Assembly: GCA_002269645.1 (NCBI GenBank)
Contig: NIVC01001965.1
Span: forward strand, 156,254-220,253
Direction of reading: 5' to 3'
Source: Macrostomum lignano
Lineage: Eukaryota
DNA: 64,000 nucleotides
Shown here: one piece after another, positions 29,920-42,804 of the stretch
Numbering within the stretch: position 1 is the stretch's first letter
Layout: the number at the start of each line of letters is the position of its first letter
Translations under genes and position numbers: made by a program
Notes under the pieces: model-generated
The model's database searches: none
What the model saw: the letters and a program-made list of their open reading frames with translations, nothing else
What the model was told of the DNA's origin: nothing

Positions 29920-31310
29920 TACTACATCATGAGCACATGCAGCATCTGCTCATGGCTTACGTCTAGTTTAGCATCGAGGGGAAGGCTGCACTTAGCCGGA
30001 AACTTCTTGGAAATTTTCCAGTAATGTAAAAAAGTACATGATCTAGTATAAAGTTTCAGCAGCGAGAATTGACATGTAAGCTAAATTTGAGAACAGAATA
30101 ATTTTGAAGATCACCCTTGGAACCCTGTTCCCAGTCCAGATATATTTTAGCTGCCAGGAGTCCTTGGCCGGGAGTCCACATTCCCATCCCGTCCCAGGAG
30201 TCCTTCAAAACAGGAAGGCTGAGATGAAATTTTATTAGCCCAGTTCAAACGACTTCGGAACAGATGGCGAACACAAATGAGAAGATTAACAGGACTGAAT
30301 GGGGAGGAGGCGGCAGTGGCTGAATGGCAATTCAATTCTGGGGAGGTCAGAGCGCATGATCTCAGGGGCTTTCATGCCGGATTTAATCGAAAAAAAGAAA
30401 AACTTCATTTGCCACAGATGGACGGCGAGGGCCTCAGGTGTGACAATCAGAACTTGGAAGCGCCAGATTTCCCGCGTGCGTTCAAACAAAAATTTTTTTC
30501 TGAAACTCTTGGACAAAAAAGATTAGAAAACCAAATTGCATTTCAGAATTCAACTCTGAAAGACCGAGTGGGAACTCAGATGCAGGATATTAAATTCTTT
30601 CCCCGACCCCACACTTCCCAATTCATTACAATTGGAGGAGTTGAGAACGAAGCAAGGCCACAGAAGACTAAAGTCGTGAAATTTCCTCGTGTATTCGTCA
30701 GAAGACAGAAGAAAGAGTGTACAGCGGCCCTGACTGTCTAAACTTCAGGCATGACCTTGGAGGCTGGCCCTCATGGGTGGGAATCTCACGACATCCCTCC
30801 AGCCAAGAAGTTTTGTAAAATGAAAGCTAAGAAAGACAAATCCTTGCAAAATCCACTTAAAAATTGCAATAGCAAATTTAAAAACTTGAAGACCTGGATA
30901 TTGCGAAATTTGGACCAATACAAAGTGCCAAACTCAGAGCCCACAGCATGGCCTGGTGTGAGCTCGTCAATTCGCAATATCCGAATTTATTTAGACTTAG
31001 TGATTTTTATCCAAAATCGAATTACAAGAAAATCAACTACAACATGCTCATTGCTCAGTAACTCTTTACAATTATTCTATTTCACACTAATTGCTACAAT
31101 TGCTACGCGACCAACAGTTCTGAGAGAGTTCGACAAATAAGCATCGAAAAATATATGCTAGCAGAAAATCGCACTACTATTAGTAGAAACGCAAGAGAGC
31201 AAAATGAAAAATACTTCAAGTAAGTGCGACAGCTAATTAGTGCAGACATAGGATGGGGAGACAAATGGGTCGCCAGGGGTTGCAGGATTTTGCAGTTTTT
31301 TTGCAAATTT

Positions 31311-31632
31311 TAGCGGGACTTGCACGTTTCGTGGTCTTTATAGCGGGACTTGCACGTTTCGTGGTCTTTAGCGGGACTTGCACGTTTCGTGGTCTTTAGC
31401 GGGACTTGCACGTTTCGTGATGTATAGCGGGACTTGCACTTTTCGTGGTCTTTAGCGGGACTTGCACTTTTCGTGGTCTTTAGCGGGACTTGCACTTTTC
31501 GTGATGTTTAGCGGGACTTCCACTTTTCGTGGTCTTTAGCGGGACTTGCACTTTTTGTGATGTTTAGCGGGACTTGCACTTTTCGTGATCTTTAGACTTT
31601 CACTTCTCGTGATCTTTAGCGAGACTTGCAGC
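31311..31632. repeat. 28-bp minisatellite (TAGCGGGACTTGCACTTTTCGTGGTCTT)n
   Basis: About 11 copies. Confidence 0.92.
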
Positions 31633-31880
31633 TTTGTGTGAATTTTAATAGGACTTGTGGTGACTAATTTTATCGGTGTTGTAGATATCAATCTTTAGCA
31701 AATTACACACACATAATTATACTGTAAACCAGATCCTGTACTTCGAGACAAGACACTGTTTCGTCAAATTATCCCATGGCTGAAGCGGTGAATGGAATAA
31801 GCTTTGAGCACGAGCTGATATCAAGATTGGCCAGCACTAGAAAGCAGACTTGCTAATACATATAGCAAATTTGTATCAAT

Positions 31881-32200
31881 TCACCGCTTCTTAGCATGGA
31901 TTCGCCGCTCCAGCTCTCTCAGCTGAGCAGCGTTGGTCTCAGCTATCATTGTGAGCTCATGCACTGAATTCACCAAGTCTTCCACCCTCTGTTTTGCCAG
32001 CTCCTCCTTGGCGCTGTCTCTGCGCGACTGTCGCTGATATTCAGCAATAATGGTGGCCGCGGCGATCAGGTAGATGACAGCCTCGCCAAGAATGGTGGCC
32101 CCGGTGTCCACAGCCTGTTCTGGGTTGAGCTTAGTAACAGCCTTTGGTTTGCCAAGACCCAGTGCCTGCATCTTGAGCCGGGTGTCGTACCAGTGGTGCA
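31881..32200 (-). CDS. OPA3: OPA3-like protein, exon 2 of 2
   Basis: Acceptor CCTCAG at 32201, phase 1. HHWYDTRLKMQALGLGKPKAVTKLNPEQAVDTGATILGEAVIYLIAAATIIAEYQRQSRR, the OPA3 LN..A...GA..LGE...F/Y....EY.R pattern. Confidence 0.9.
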
Positions 32201-33138
32201 CTGAGGATGCGGAAGTTAAAATTGGAATGCTTGTAGATATTCAGATATGAAATTTCTAGTTTGTCAAAAATCAACCCCCATGTAGAAAGCCAGTTGTTGA
32301 AGAAGAAGAATTAAGACATGTATACATTAAATACATTAAATAAATAAGAAAAGTAATATACTATTAAATAATATTTTAAATATTTAACAATATATATACT
32401 TTTAAGCAGTTTAAGCTCATATAACTATTTTTTGAAAAAAAACTAATAAAGAAAATGCCTCTAATAAAGTAAAAAGTGGCCTAATTTTTTAGTATATATA
32501 TCTTTTTAGTATGTTTGTGCAAGTATACCAAGATTCTAGGATTTTATTCCTTAGTATAGATCAAAAGAAAAGGGCAAACAACAATAAAACTATCATTGTT
32601 TGCCCCTTTTCCAAAATTTGCTTAGTCTTTTGCAATCTTTGCCAAAGGAAAGATGGCTATCTTCCCCTTTAGCTATGGCATTGTTAAGCTGTGACATTGA
32701 CAGTTCCTTTGTATCCTTAGTTCTTTGGTTGATATTCACTGGGAAAATTTAATGTGTATTTTGGTTATTTTGGTATTTTGGTAATTTGGTATTTTGTAGG
32801 CCTATATTTAATATGTATTAAGTTGTATTTTTATTTATACTGATGATGGTTAGCAATACTTTTTTATTGGGTTGGCAATACCTTATTTAATATTTTGAAC
32901 TATATGGCTTTGGAGGGACAGTTATTGGGAGCTTGGTTATTAGTCTTACTGCAAACAAGTTCATTATTACATGTATTATTAATGAATGCTACTTGCCAGA
33001 TCTAGAATTGCACCTAATCTAAGTACTACCCTATAAGATCATAATCTCCAAAGCCATCCCAACCTGATTTGTTACTTTGTTGGCTTATTAGTTACATGTG
33101 ATTATTATACTACTACCATCCATTAGAGAAAAAATATA

Positions 33139-34780
33139 GGCAGTGCTTATCCCCACAGTACCGTAGGAATAATTTCTGTCTTATTCCAACGGTACCGTGC
33201 GAATAATTTTCTGCTTATCCGCACGGCATACTGAGGAGATAGCTGCCCTATCTTCTACATATGCTGTGCAAATAATTTTCTGCTTATCCGCACGGCACAC
33301 TGACGAGATAGCTGCCCTATCTTCTACATATGCCATGCGAATAATTTTCTGCTTATCCGCACGGCACACTGACGAGATAGCTGCCCTATCTTCTACATAT
33401 GCCATGCGAATAATTTTCTGCTTATCCACACCTCACACTGACGAGATAGCTGCCCTATCTTCTACATATGCCGTGCAAATAATTTTCTGCTTATCCGCAC
33501 GGCACACTGACAAGATAGCTGCCCTATCTTCTACATATGCCGTGCGAATAATTTTCTGCTTATCCGCACGGCACGCAATTTAAAACATTTGTTACTACAC
33601 AAAAAAATTCTTTCTCATAGAAAAGTTGTTAAATCTTTATTTCTTTAGAACAAATGTTCAAGCCAAGTTATGTTGTTATACTGCACTCAAATTGTATGTA
33701 CTAAACTTCCCACACAGCATATGTAGAAGATAGGGCAGCTATCTCGTCAGTGTGCCGTGCGGATAAGCAGAAAATTATTCGCATGGCATATGTAGAAGAT
33801 AGGGCAGCTATCTCATAGCTCATTCCATATAAGCATGGTCGTAACATGACAGGTTATTTTTACTTATAAAATGAAATCTAATAATAGAATATACTAAACC
33901 AATATTTTAAATGAAAGATTATTTTGTCTAGAATATATTTATAGAGTTTCATATAGATATCATCATTAGTATAGATGCTATTAAACCTTAAATGACACTT
34001 ATGGTCGTAACGACAGGATTTTTGACATATAGAAACTAAAAGGTAAAAGTCTTATAACATTTTTCATTTTTGATATTTTGCAATACATTTTTAAAATTTG
34101 ACTAAGAACATCTTTAGAAATCATACTCTTTTATTAGAATATATAAACTCAAAAGGCAACAAAGATACAAAAGAAAAGGCAGCCTTATGGTCGTAACATT
34201 ATGGTCGTAACATATTTTTTTCTGTCACTTTCAGTAACTTTGAGCCGTTTGAAGTACTAATACATTAAAAATATAATAGATTATTTGGTCACCAATGCTT
34301 TTATCTGATGATGCAAGTACTATACTTTTATCTATAGTTTGTTTCAACCTTCAAAAGCTTTCTATTTGTTTTTAAAAGGTACAAAATCTTAATGATGTCT
34401 TTTGCTTCGAAAAATGTCCAAATTTTTATAAAAATGACTTTTTGCCAATTGATAACATACTAATCCAACATTTTACCATTCCTTTATTCTTAGATTGTAT
34501 ATATTGCACAATATAAACATTTGGTAAAAAAATAGGCTAATTAGGCAATGGCAAGCAAAAATATTGACTTTTTTCTATTTTCCAAATATGTCCATCTTAT
34601 ATGGAATGAGTCTCATCAGTGTGCCGTGTAGATAAGCAGAAAATTATTCGCACGGCATATGTAGAAGATAGGGCAGCTATCTCGTCAGTGTGCCGTGCGG
34701 ATAAGCAGAAAATTATTCGCACGGTACCGTTGGAATAAGACAGAAATTATTCCTACGGTACTGTGGGGACAAGCACTGCC
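33139..34780. mobile_element. Non-autonomous MULE/foldback-like element with long TIRs and 69-bp subterminal tandem repeats
   Basis: GGCAGTGCTT(A/G)TCCCCACAGTACCGTAGGAATAATTTCTGTCTTATTCCAACGGTACCGTGCG is inverted at both ends. 9-bp TSD AAAAATATA at 33130-33138 and 34781-34789. Confidence 0.85.
33819..34610. mobile_element. Nested AT-rich TIR element inside the MULE right arm
   Basis: 15-bp TIR CTCATTCCATATAAG / CTTATATGGAATGAG. Internal ATGGTCGTAAC repeats. It interrupts a 69-bp unit, with TCTCA(T) duplicated on either side. Confidence 0.75.
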
Positions 34781-34991
34781 AAAAATATAAGATCAAACAT
34801 TGGCCAGTTTGTCATTGATCATAATCAAGGTTCTATGTGTTCATCACTAATTATTATGTGTTTTTATGTATTCTTTTTACTCTTGAATATTCATCACAAT
34901 CATTAATAATCACTAATTAGATTTCCATTAACAGGCATACTGCATATATTGCTTAGTCAAATTCAAAGCAGATTTTAAAGATCATACTTAC

Positions 34992-35130
34992 ACTGTGCAG
35001 GTGGTATACAAATGTAATTCCGGAAGAATGAGCTCGATTTTGCTCGTTCCTTCAAAAAATTGGCTATTGGTTTTCCAAGCTGTCGAACAGCAAGGTACAG
35101 AAGTTTAGCAACGGGAAATTCCGCAACCAT
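34992..35130 (-). CDS. OPA3: OPA3-like protein, exon 1 of 2
   Basis: [46 protein letters not shown] matches the OPA3 N-terminus. Donor T|GTAAGT, phase 1. Confidence 0.9.
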
Positions 35131-35904
35131 TATTTTTTTGAAGTGCCAAAACCCATTCAAGAAATGCTAATTGCTATTGCTAAAAGTAAAAGGTAAAAAC
35201 AAAGATTTTATTTGAAACAATTTTGTAGCAAACGGCGAGAGTAGATATATATTAAATTTTGGCTTCAAATAGCAAAGTACTTATTCATCCATCTGACATT
35301 CAATTCAATTCATTCAACAAGCCGCATTTTTGCGTTAGTTTCCACGAAAATTATAATGTTAAATTTAGGTGGTCATCTTAACAAAAATTAGGCCGCAATT
35401 TTCAGACAACAGAAAGCTCAAGATAACACAGTCAAAGCAGAGATAGCGGAGACACTAGATGACGATTATAATGTAATTATATCAGTATCAGTAGGTATCA
35501 GATATCAGTATTTTGAGATTTTGCTTGGGATTTACGAGCTATGGATTTGATTGTCGCGCTAGGATAAGTAGCATCGCCTCAACGCTAGGCTCTACCACAA
35601 ACCCTCAAGCTCCCCAAACTCAAGTACTATACTTCTAAATGTATCTTTGAATATTAAGAAATGGGGTCACGCCAGAGAGTCAAATGATCCAAGGGCTAAT
35701 AGTTATACGATGCTTTAGTCTGCAGTAGTTTTTCACTTATTGATCACTTACTGACCACTTACTGATAGCGTACTCATATCGTGGTGGACATCTAGTCAAT
35801 TCAACCAAAGATATTTCTACCTTAGCTAATTATCTAACCAGCGACAACCTGAACAAGAAAGTCTCTCTGATTATCTGATCTCAATTAGCAGAACCGACCT
35901 CAGG

Positions 35905-36240
35905 CAGATGTGATGGCCCTAACCGGCCAGGATTCTTCCAGAGACATATCTCGTTGCAAAACGGTTCCCACCTGTCCTTTCTGTAGCATAGGAGATGAGA
36001 CCGCGGAGCATCACATCACCTTCTGTCCTACATGTACTTCTCAATAAGAAGGCGCGGCACAAACACCTCGATCACCCCCAGCGGATGGACGAGCTGTCCA
36101 CCCGGACAACATCCGTGAACCTCGCCCTTCTTCCGAGATTCCGGCCGAACGAGGGTTGCCGATGCCTCCTCTGTGAACCTGCCGACTACTGGCGGGGGCT
36201 GGGCGCACAAGCCTTGTATGAATTCTTTTACTGCGATAGG
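35905..36240 (+). mobile_element. Degraded non-LTR retrotransposon 3' end
   Basis: One frame reads [39 protein letters not shown], the LTG(H)...CxxC...ETxEH...CP C-terminal zinc-knuckle pattern of RNase H-containing LINE clades. A frameshift and stop follow. Confidence 0.65.
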
Positions 36241-36713
36241 GGCCTCGCTGGTCACCGCGGTTTAATCACGGCGCTTGCGCCCCCCGCCATACCGATCGTT
36301 ATTCATTTTTATAACGAAATCGAAAAAAATGCATACTATATACATGCACATGTAAAGCTAAAGTTTTTATAAGTTTTATATGCATTAATTAAATCGAGAA
36401 CATGTAGACTGGCCAAAGCACACGTGTATTCATCTTCGTTGATTCGAATCCATACTGCATACACTGCATTTGTACGAGTATTTGAGGAACTTCACGTTGC
36501 TGAGCCAATCAGATCCCGTTGGTCCGTTCGATGTTTGTAACAGAGTAGCGCGCCTATTACTCTGCATACGATATGGGTATAAATACCTCCTAGCACTCAG
36601 TGGTACAGAAGTTGCGCCAAGAAACTATAGTTGCACTCGACTAACCTGCACTCGAAAAGATTTTTTAGTCTCTAGGATCGATAATTCTCTACTAGCCAGC
36701 ATCCAGCAGCACA

Positions 36714-37003
36714 ATGCGATTTGCAATCATCAACGTGTCCATGGCTTTGCTAGCTATGACGCTGCTGCTCAGCACCAGCTGCTCCACAATGCGCATCTCT
36801 GAGCCATCCGAGCTGCTGCGATCTTTGTCAGCCCGTCCGCGCCCGGCGTCGTTCCTGCTGGCTGGCGATCCGGCCGGATTCTTCGGCAACGCCTACAGCT
36901 GGAGTCCCAACTACGTTCAGCGGCGCTCGGACAATAAGAACAAAATGTACAAAGCTCTGTTGGCCTCGCTGAAGCCCAACACGTACAACCCGAGCGATTT
37001 CAG
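36714..37003 (+). CDS. Candidate neuropeptide precursor, exon 1 (signal peptide, propeptide, RR cleavage site)
   Basis: MRFAIINVSMALLAMTLLLSTSCS is a signal peptide. GC-rich codon-like composition, dibasic RR, strong donor CAG|GTGAGA (phase 2 within an Arg codon). Confidence 0.65.
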
Positions 37004-37100
37004 GTGAGAATTTTATTGCTTAAATTCAATCATTTTCTAGTGTCGCTAAATCTATATATAGACACTCAATTCCAACCAAACACAATTTTAAACATTTCAG

Positions 37101-37113
37101 AGTTGGCCGCTGA
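37101..37113 (+). CDS. Candidate neuropeptide precursor, terminal exon (R-V-G-R-stop)
   Basis: Acceptor TTTCAG at 37100 gives AG+A GTT GGC CGC TGA, an amidation signal G-R at the C-terminus. AATAAA at about 37273 and 37317. Confidence 0.55.
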
Positions 37114-37434
37114 GCAAAAGGCCGAAAAAGACCAATTTTATACACTGACTCGCTGGACAGCTGGAATGACATTAAAACTGTAACAAGAAACAAGCGGCTA
37201 ATGAGCATAAGAGCTAGAACTAGATTGTGATTATTAACGCAGGCAAATTTGTACGAACATTAACCTATATAAAAATAAAAGTCATTTAAATCTATCGATT
37301 TAAACTACTATACACAAATAAACTGCTGGAAGTTGTGTTTTTTTAATTTATTGATCTGCAATGCGATGCATAAAAGCATCCGGCCCTCGGGTCATTTAAA
37401 ACTTCACAATAGAAATCCGGCCCGCTTAAGATTT

Positions 37435-37975
<541 letters not shown>

Positions 37976-39418
37976 TCCAAAGGAATAGAGGAGAGAGGAG
38001 ATAGATTCTGAACGATGTTTATGGTCGAAAGGCTTGATTTTTAGCAGACTGCCAGTTCGCGGTTTCATGAGCGTAGCAGTTCTGCTCAAAGGACGCAAAC
38101 TGTAACTGTTAAAGTTTAACATCGACGAGAGGCGGCTATAAGAATGCAGATTCCACTATTCGACGCGCTTCGAGTAGCTGATCTCTCGGTCGATAATCGT
38201 CAGCCGGGAGAGTTCAAAGATCGCGTGACTTCAAGCAGCGCTTCCGAATGAATCCAGAAACGTTCAATCTCGTTGATTCATTGAACTTCCCTCTCGTAAA
38301 CGGCCCAGGTAATCAAATTTTACTATTGCAACGCTTCATGGCCGCCGGGCAGAGTCAGCGACGCTAGAATTCTGAGAAACAGCAGTCTTTCAAAGACAAT
38401 TCGAAGTCACGAAAAGCCGCTTCACTGGCCCTATGTCAAGGAGCTCTGGATATTTGAGCCCTCTCATCTATGTTTGTCTATGTCATAACCCTACTGCTAG
38501 TTAGCAGTGCTTCATGAAATTGTTCCCTAGGGTAAAAAAATTCGTCGAACCTCTGCTTCAAAGGATCGTCGGGGTATTAAGCTGGTTCGAGCTTATAAAA
38601 TTTCGAGTTTTCGAATCGGATCGATCTATAAGATTAGATTATAGATTAGGAATCCTCCAGTCAGTGCTTAATAAATAATTCAGAGTTTGTTAACTTTAAC
38701 TAGCTGCCGAACCCCCAAAGGAGGATTGCAAGATAAAAAATGCATTGGGAAATATTTCAGATGTTCCAATGGCACATCTGCAAAACAATCTTGGAATCAA
38801 AATAGATTATAAAGCTAAGCTTAAATCGTATAATCAAATTAGCAAGAGCAATAAATAGGTGATTAAGAAATGAGCTGAGCCAACTCTCGTTAAGCAGCTA
38901 TTATCTAGAATTGATGTCTTTTCAGCGATAATAAATTGTTGTTTTTTTCATGACTATACAGCCTCTTAGGTAAGCACGAAGTCCCTGATTCACTTGAGAA
39001 TAGATTTACATGTACAGAGGGCTTTCCGCTGAAGGACAACTCTTTGTCACACACGGCTCCTATTGAAGGATAGCCAGTCTGTTATCCAAAAAAGCAGCCA
39101 TAAATGGTGTCCAAAAATAGCAGAAATTAATTGCTAGCAACGAACTCGTAGCTAAAAGCAGCCACCTAAATGAAGAAATGTTGCTGCACTCGGTAGAGCT
39201 ATACAGATACTTGGTCTGTTAGCTTTGCCTGTTCTTCAGTCCTTAGTTCCTTATAGTTTCCCTGGTTCCCCAGTTTCTTACTTTCCTTAGTTTCCCAGGT
39301 TTCTTAGTTCCCCTGGTTCCTATAGTTTTTTTAGTTTATTAGCTTTCTTAGTTCCTTAGTTTCCTTGGCTCCTTAGTTTCTTAATTTCCTACTTTCTTAC
39401 TAGTTTGTTAGCATCTTT

Positions 39419-40424
39419 GTTGTTGTTAAACGGGGGTGGAAAGCCAGGGGCTTACCGCGGATCAGCCCGAAAGGGGCTCTACCGCAGGGATCTGACTGTG
39501 GGCCATACTGCCAGGGGCATGTTAGCCCGAGAGGCCACGATTGGGACCAGAGCTCAGGACTCTGGTGAGAACCTAGTGAATTGGTGCTACTAGCCCAAAC
39601 CTACGGTACAAGACACCGCCAACCCAAAAAGTGGAATCAGGGACGGTGCTAGGACCGAGTTCACCCAGGCCACCACCCAGCAGACAAGTCCTCGGGAGTG
39701 CGCAGAAAAAATTGGAATTAGAGAAAAAAGCTTGGGTTACTACTGAAAGCGGTCCGAGAGCGGGGAAACCCCGAAGTCTACGGAAAAGGGCTTAATTATT
39801 GGAGCGAGTCTGGAAGGCTTGTTTCCGAGGGCGAGACTCCAGGCAGGAAGACCTTCTACCGGCTACAAACCCAAGGGTATCGCCTATCCAGCTCAATAAT
39901 GGAGGCCAGGCCAAGGGGTCGGGAAGGGGCACGAGGAGCAAGAGGACCCGGACTCAGCCGGTATCCCCGATTCGGGACGAACATTCAACCCAGGACACCA
40001 ATCCACTGTCAGGATGAGAGCCAGAGACACTTAGGCAGGGAGACAACCAGAGGAGCCAGCAGATGGACCAAGGACAGCGCAGGATGGACCGGGCAGGGAG
40101 GGCAGAGCTCATAACTCCGGAATATTGGAGCGGCAGTCAAAGGCCTTACATTAAGATAAAACAGATAAAACTGGGGATAAAAACAGGACGGAGGAGCACC
40201 TGAACCCTACTTGCAGGCTACTTACTACCTGCTTCCCGGGGCACAGCCTCAGGGCTGGCGTCAACTAGGCTCTACCGTACACCTTCGTGAATGGTCATTC
40301 TTTCCTGCAGGGCGGGTACGACCGGGGGGCTCAAGTCCCGTTCTAGCCACACTGCAGTCCAGAGTACGCACTCACTCCAGGTACACCCCCCTAAACCAAG
40401 GCCGAGGGCCGAAATAAGTCTCTT
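39419..40424. mobile_element. About 1-kb GC-rich non-coding TE-like insert (solo LTR or retroposon, unclassified)
   Basis: Abrupt compositional switch within a T/C-rich repeat tract. Begins GTTGTTGTTAAAC, has internal GATAAAA repeats, no convincing ORF, and is bracketed by a duplicated flank. Confidence 0.45.
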
Positions 40425-41220
40425 AGCTCCTCAGTTTCTTACTTTCCTTAGTTTCCCAAGTCTCTTCCTCAGTTTCTTACTTTCCTTAGTTTCCCAAGTC
40501 TCTTAGTTCCCCAGTTTCTTACTTTCCTTAGTTTCCCAAATCTCTTAGTTCCCCAGTTTCTTACTTTCCTTAGTTTCCCAAGTCTCTTCCTCAGTTTCTT
40601 ACTTTCCTTAGTTTCCCAAGTCTCTTAGTTCCCCAGTTTCTTACTTTCCTTAGTTTCCCAAATCTCTTAGTTCCCCAGTTTCTTACTTTCCTTAGTTTCC
40701 CAAGTCTCTTAGTTCCCCAGTTTCTTACTTTCCTTAGTTTCCCAAATCTCTTAGTTCCCCAGTTTCTTACTTTCCTTAGTTTCCCAAGTCTCTTAGTTCC
40801 CCAGTTTCTTACTTTCCTTAGTTTCCCAAGTCTCTTCCTCAGTTTCTTACTTTCCTTAGTTTCCCAAATCTCTTAGTTCCCCAGTTTCTTACTTTCCTTA
40901 GTTTCCCAAGTCTCTTAGTTCCCCAGTTTCTTACTTTCCTTAGTTTCCCAAATCTCTTAGTTCCCCCGTTTCTTACTTTCCTTAGTTTCCCAAGTCTCTT
41001 CCTCAGTTTCTTACTTTCCTTAGTTTCCCAAGTCTCTTAGTTCCCCAGTTTCTTACTTTCCTTAGTTTCCCAAGTCTCTTAGTTCCCCAGTTTCTTACTT
41101 TCCTTAGTTTCCCAAGTCTCTTAGTTCCCCAGTTTCTTACTTTCCTTAGTTTCCCAAATCTCTTAGTTCCCCAGTTTCTTACTTTCCTTAGTTTCCCAGG
41201 TTTCTTAGTCCCTTAGTTTC
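40425..41220. repeat. 42-bp minisatellite (AGTTTCTTACTTTCCTTAGTTTCCCAAGTCTCTTAGTTCCCC)n, about 19 copies
   Basis: Direct periodicity. A degenerate related monomer lies at about 39266-39310. Confidence 0.93.
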
Positions 41221-41974
41221 TTAGTTTCTTAATTTCCTACTTTCTTACTAGTTTGTTAGCATCTTTACGAGGTAGTTCCTTTGTTTCTTACTTCCCTTAG
41301 TTCCTTAGTATTCTTATTTTTCTTAGTTCCATAGTTCCTATAGTTTGCTGCCTCTGTGGCGCTCTGGTCAGATGAAGCTGCTCCGAGCCTCAGCCCGCGA
41401 AACCGAAGATCGCTGCGTGCACAGCTGGAATAGAATGGCCGGATTGAGGGCGGGACGAGTCCATGGAGTCAAGAAACGCCTTCTGCAGTAAACGCTCGAT
41501 CTGACTTTCTTCAGCTGGTCTAGAGAGCCAGAAAAGTCAGCAGTCAGATCAGAGGACATGAGTGAGCCATGATCGGGTCGATCTTGGCCAAGTTGGAGGC
41601 AAGGAGCTTACAGTAAGCGGGGAGCAGCTGGAGTGTCGGTGGTGCTCTGGCAACGTTCAGTTGGCGGTTTAAAAATATAAATCATTGCCGGAGGCGTGCG
41701 GACATCTTGGCGCAACGCCTTCTGCGACATCTTCCTGCAAGCATGCAGCGCCGAGTCAGTTCTGCCCATTCTCCGCTGACTCCTAAGCACATGGTACAAG
41801 CGCGCCAATACTGTGTACACACGCTCACACAGGGTGTACAGCGGCCCTGACCTTCTAATCAGCAAGGCATGTTATGTACACTTTCTGTGCCTTGAAGGCC
41901 GGCTCTCGTGGGGTGTGAATCGCACGACAACCCCCCCCCCCGATCCCTACAAGCCAATTTTCGTGCACACGAGC

Positions 41975-42052
41975 CCCGAATGTGGCTGCGCACGGGATCG
42001 AACCAGGGGTCGTGGCGTGAGAGGATTCAGACGGGTCTACCGCTGAGCTGCT
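41975..42052 (-). mobile_element. tRNA-derived SINE head (tRNA-Glu-like), not a functional tRNA
   Basis: The minus strand reads AGCTCAGCGGTAG (A box)...CTCTCACGCCACGACCCCTGGTTCGATCCCG (B box). It resembles tRNA-Glu(CTC) but the stems are poorly paired. Confidence 0.6.
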
Positions 42053-42388
42053 CATTGGTCAATTGGTCACAAAATAACGAATCAATCGAGAGAGCTTCAA
42101 TGAAACTACGAGATCCAATTGTTCCATTTTGTCTGAGCTGGGCTGTGGGGGCTATGTATACTCAGCAACATTGAAAAGTCGCCACCTTTTGCCCCAGTGA
42201 GCAGTGTCTTTTGACCAGCGTCTATCACATGGCCAACCATCTTAGTGTTGAAAATGCTTGAAACAAAATTAAAACCGGGCGGAAGCTTCAATCCATCCAA
42301 TCTTCGCCCCCCGCTCTTCCAAATCTCTTCCTCACCCAGCCCAACGCTGCGTCGCGTGGTGCAAGTTGCGTCACTCAAAAGTCAATAC

Positions 42389-42804
42389 CACAGCTACTAA
42401 AAACCAGATGGGCCACTCAGCACATTTGCGTGTAAGCTACTTTCAGTTCAGTAGTAAGTTAAACTGAAGCTGTTTTAATTACTTTTAAAACCAAGGCTCA
42501 TTTATTGGCTCTTACCCCCCCCCCCCCCAGCCTAAACCCTCCAACAGCCCCTTTCCACACTCCCCTGCTCGCCCCGCCTCAATTTTTACTGCCTTTCTCG
42601 GAATTCCAGCCTAAAATTGCCATGTACATTTCAGTGGACTTGCCAATGCACATTATTGCTAATCAAAGTCGATTCAGTTAGCTTAAATTTTACAAAATAG
42701 CTTATGTATTCTTCATTGCTACTGAACTGAAAGTAGAAAGCTGTTTTACTAAGTAAAATGGCCCAAAATGGCCTGAGTGGCCCATCTAGTTATTTTAGCA
42801 TCTG
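42389..42804. mobile_element. MITE family A copy 2 (inverted relative to copies 1 and 3)
   Basis: Same TIR and internal sequence as 1568-1987, in reverse complement. Confidence 0.85.

Noticed and set aside
41975-42052. Functional tRNA gene
   Set aside because: It has A and B boxes but the acceptor and anticodon stems do not pair well. Treated as a SINE head. The same applies to 54265-54310.
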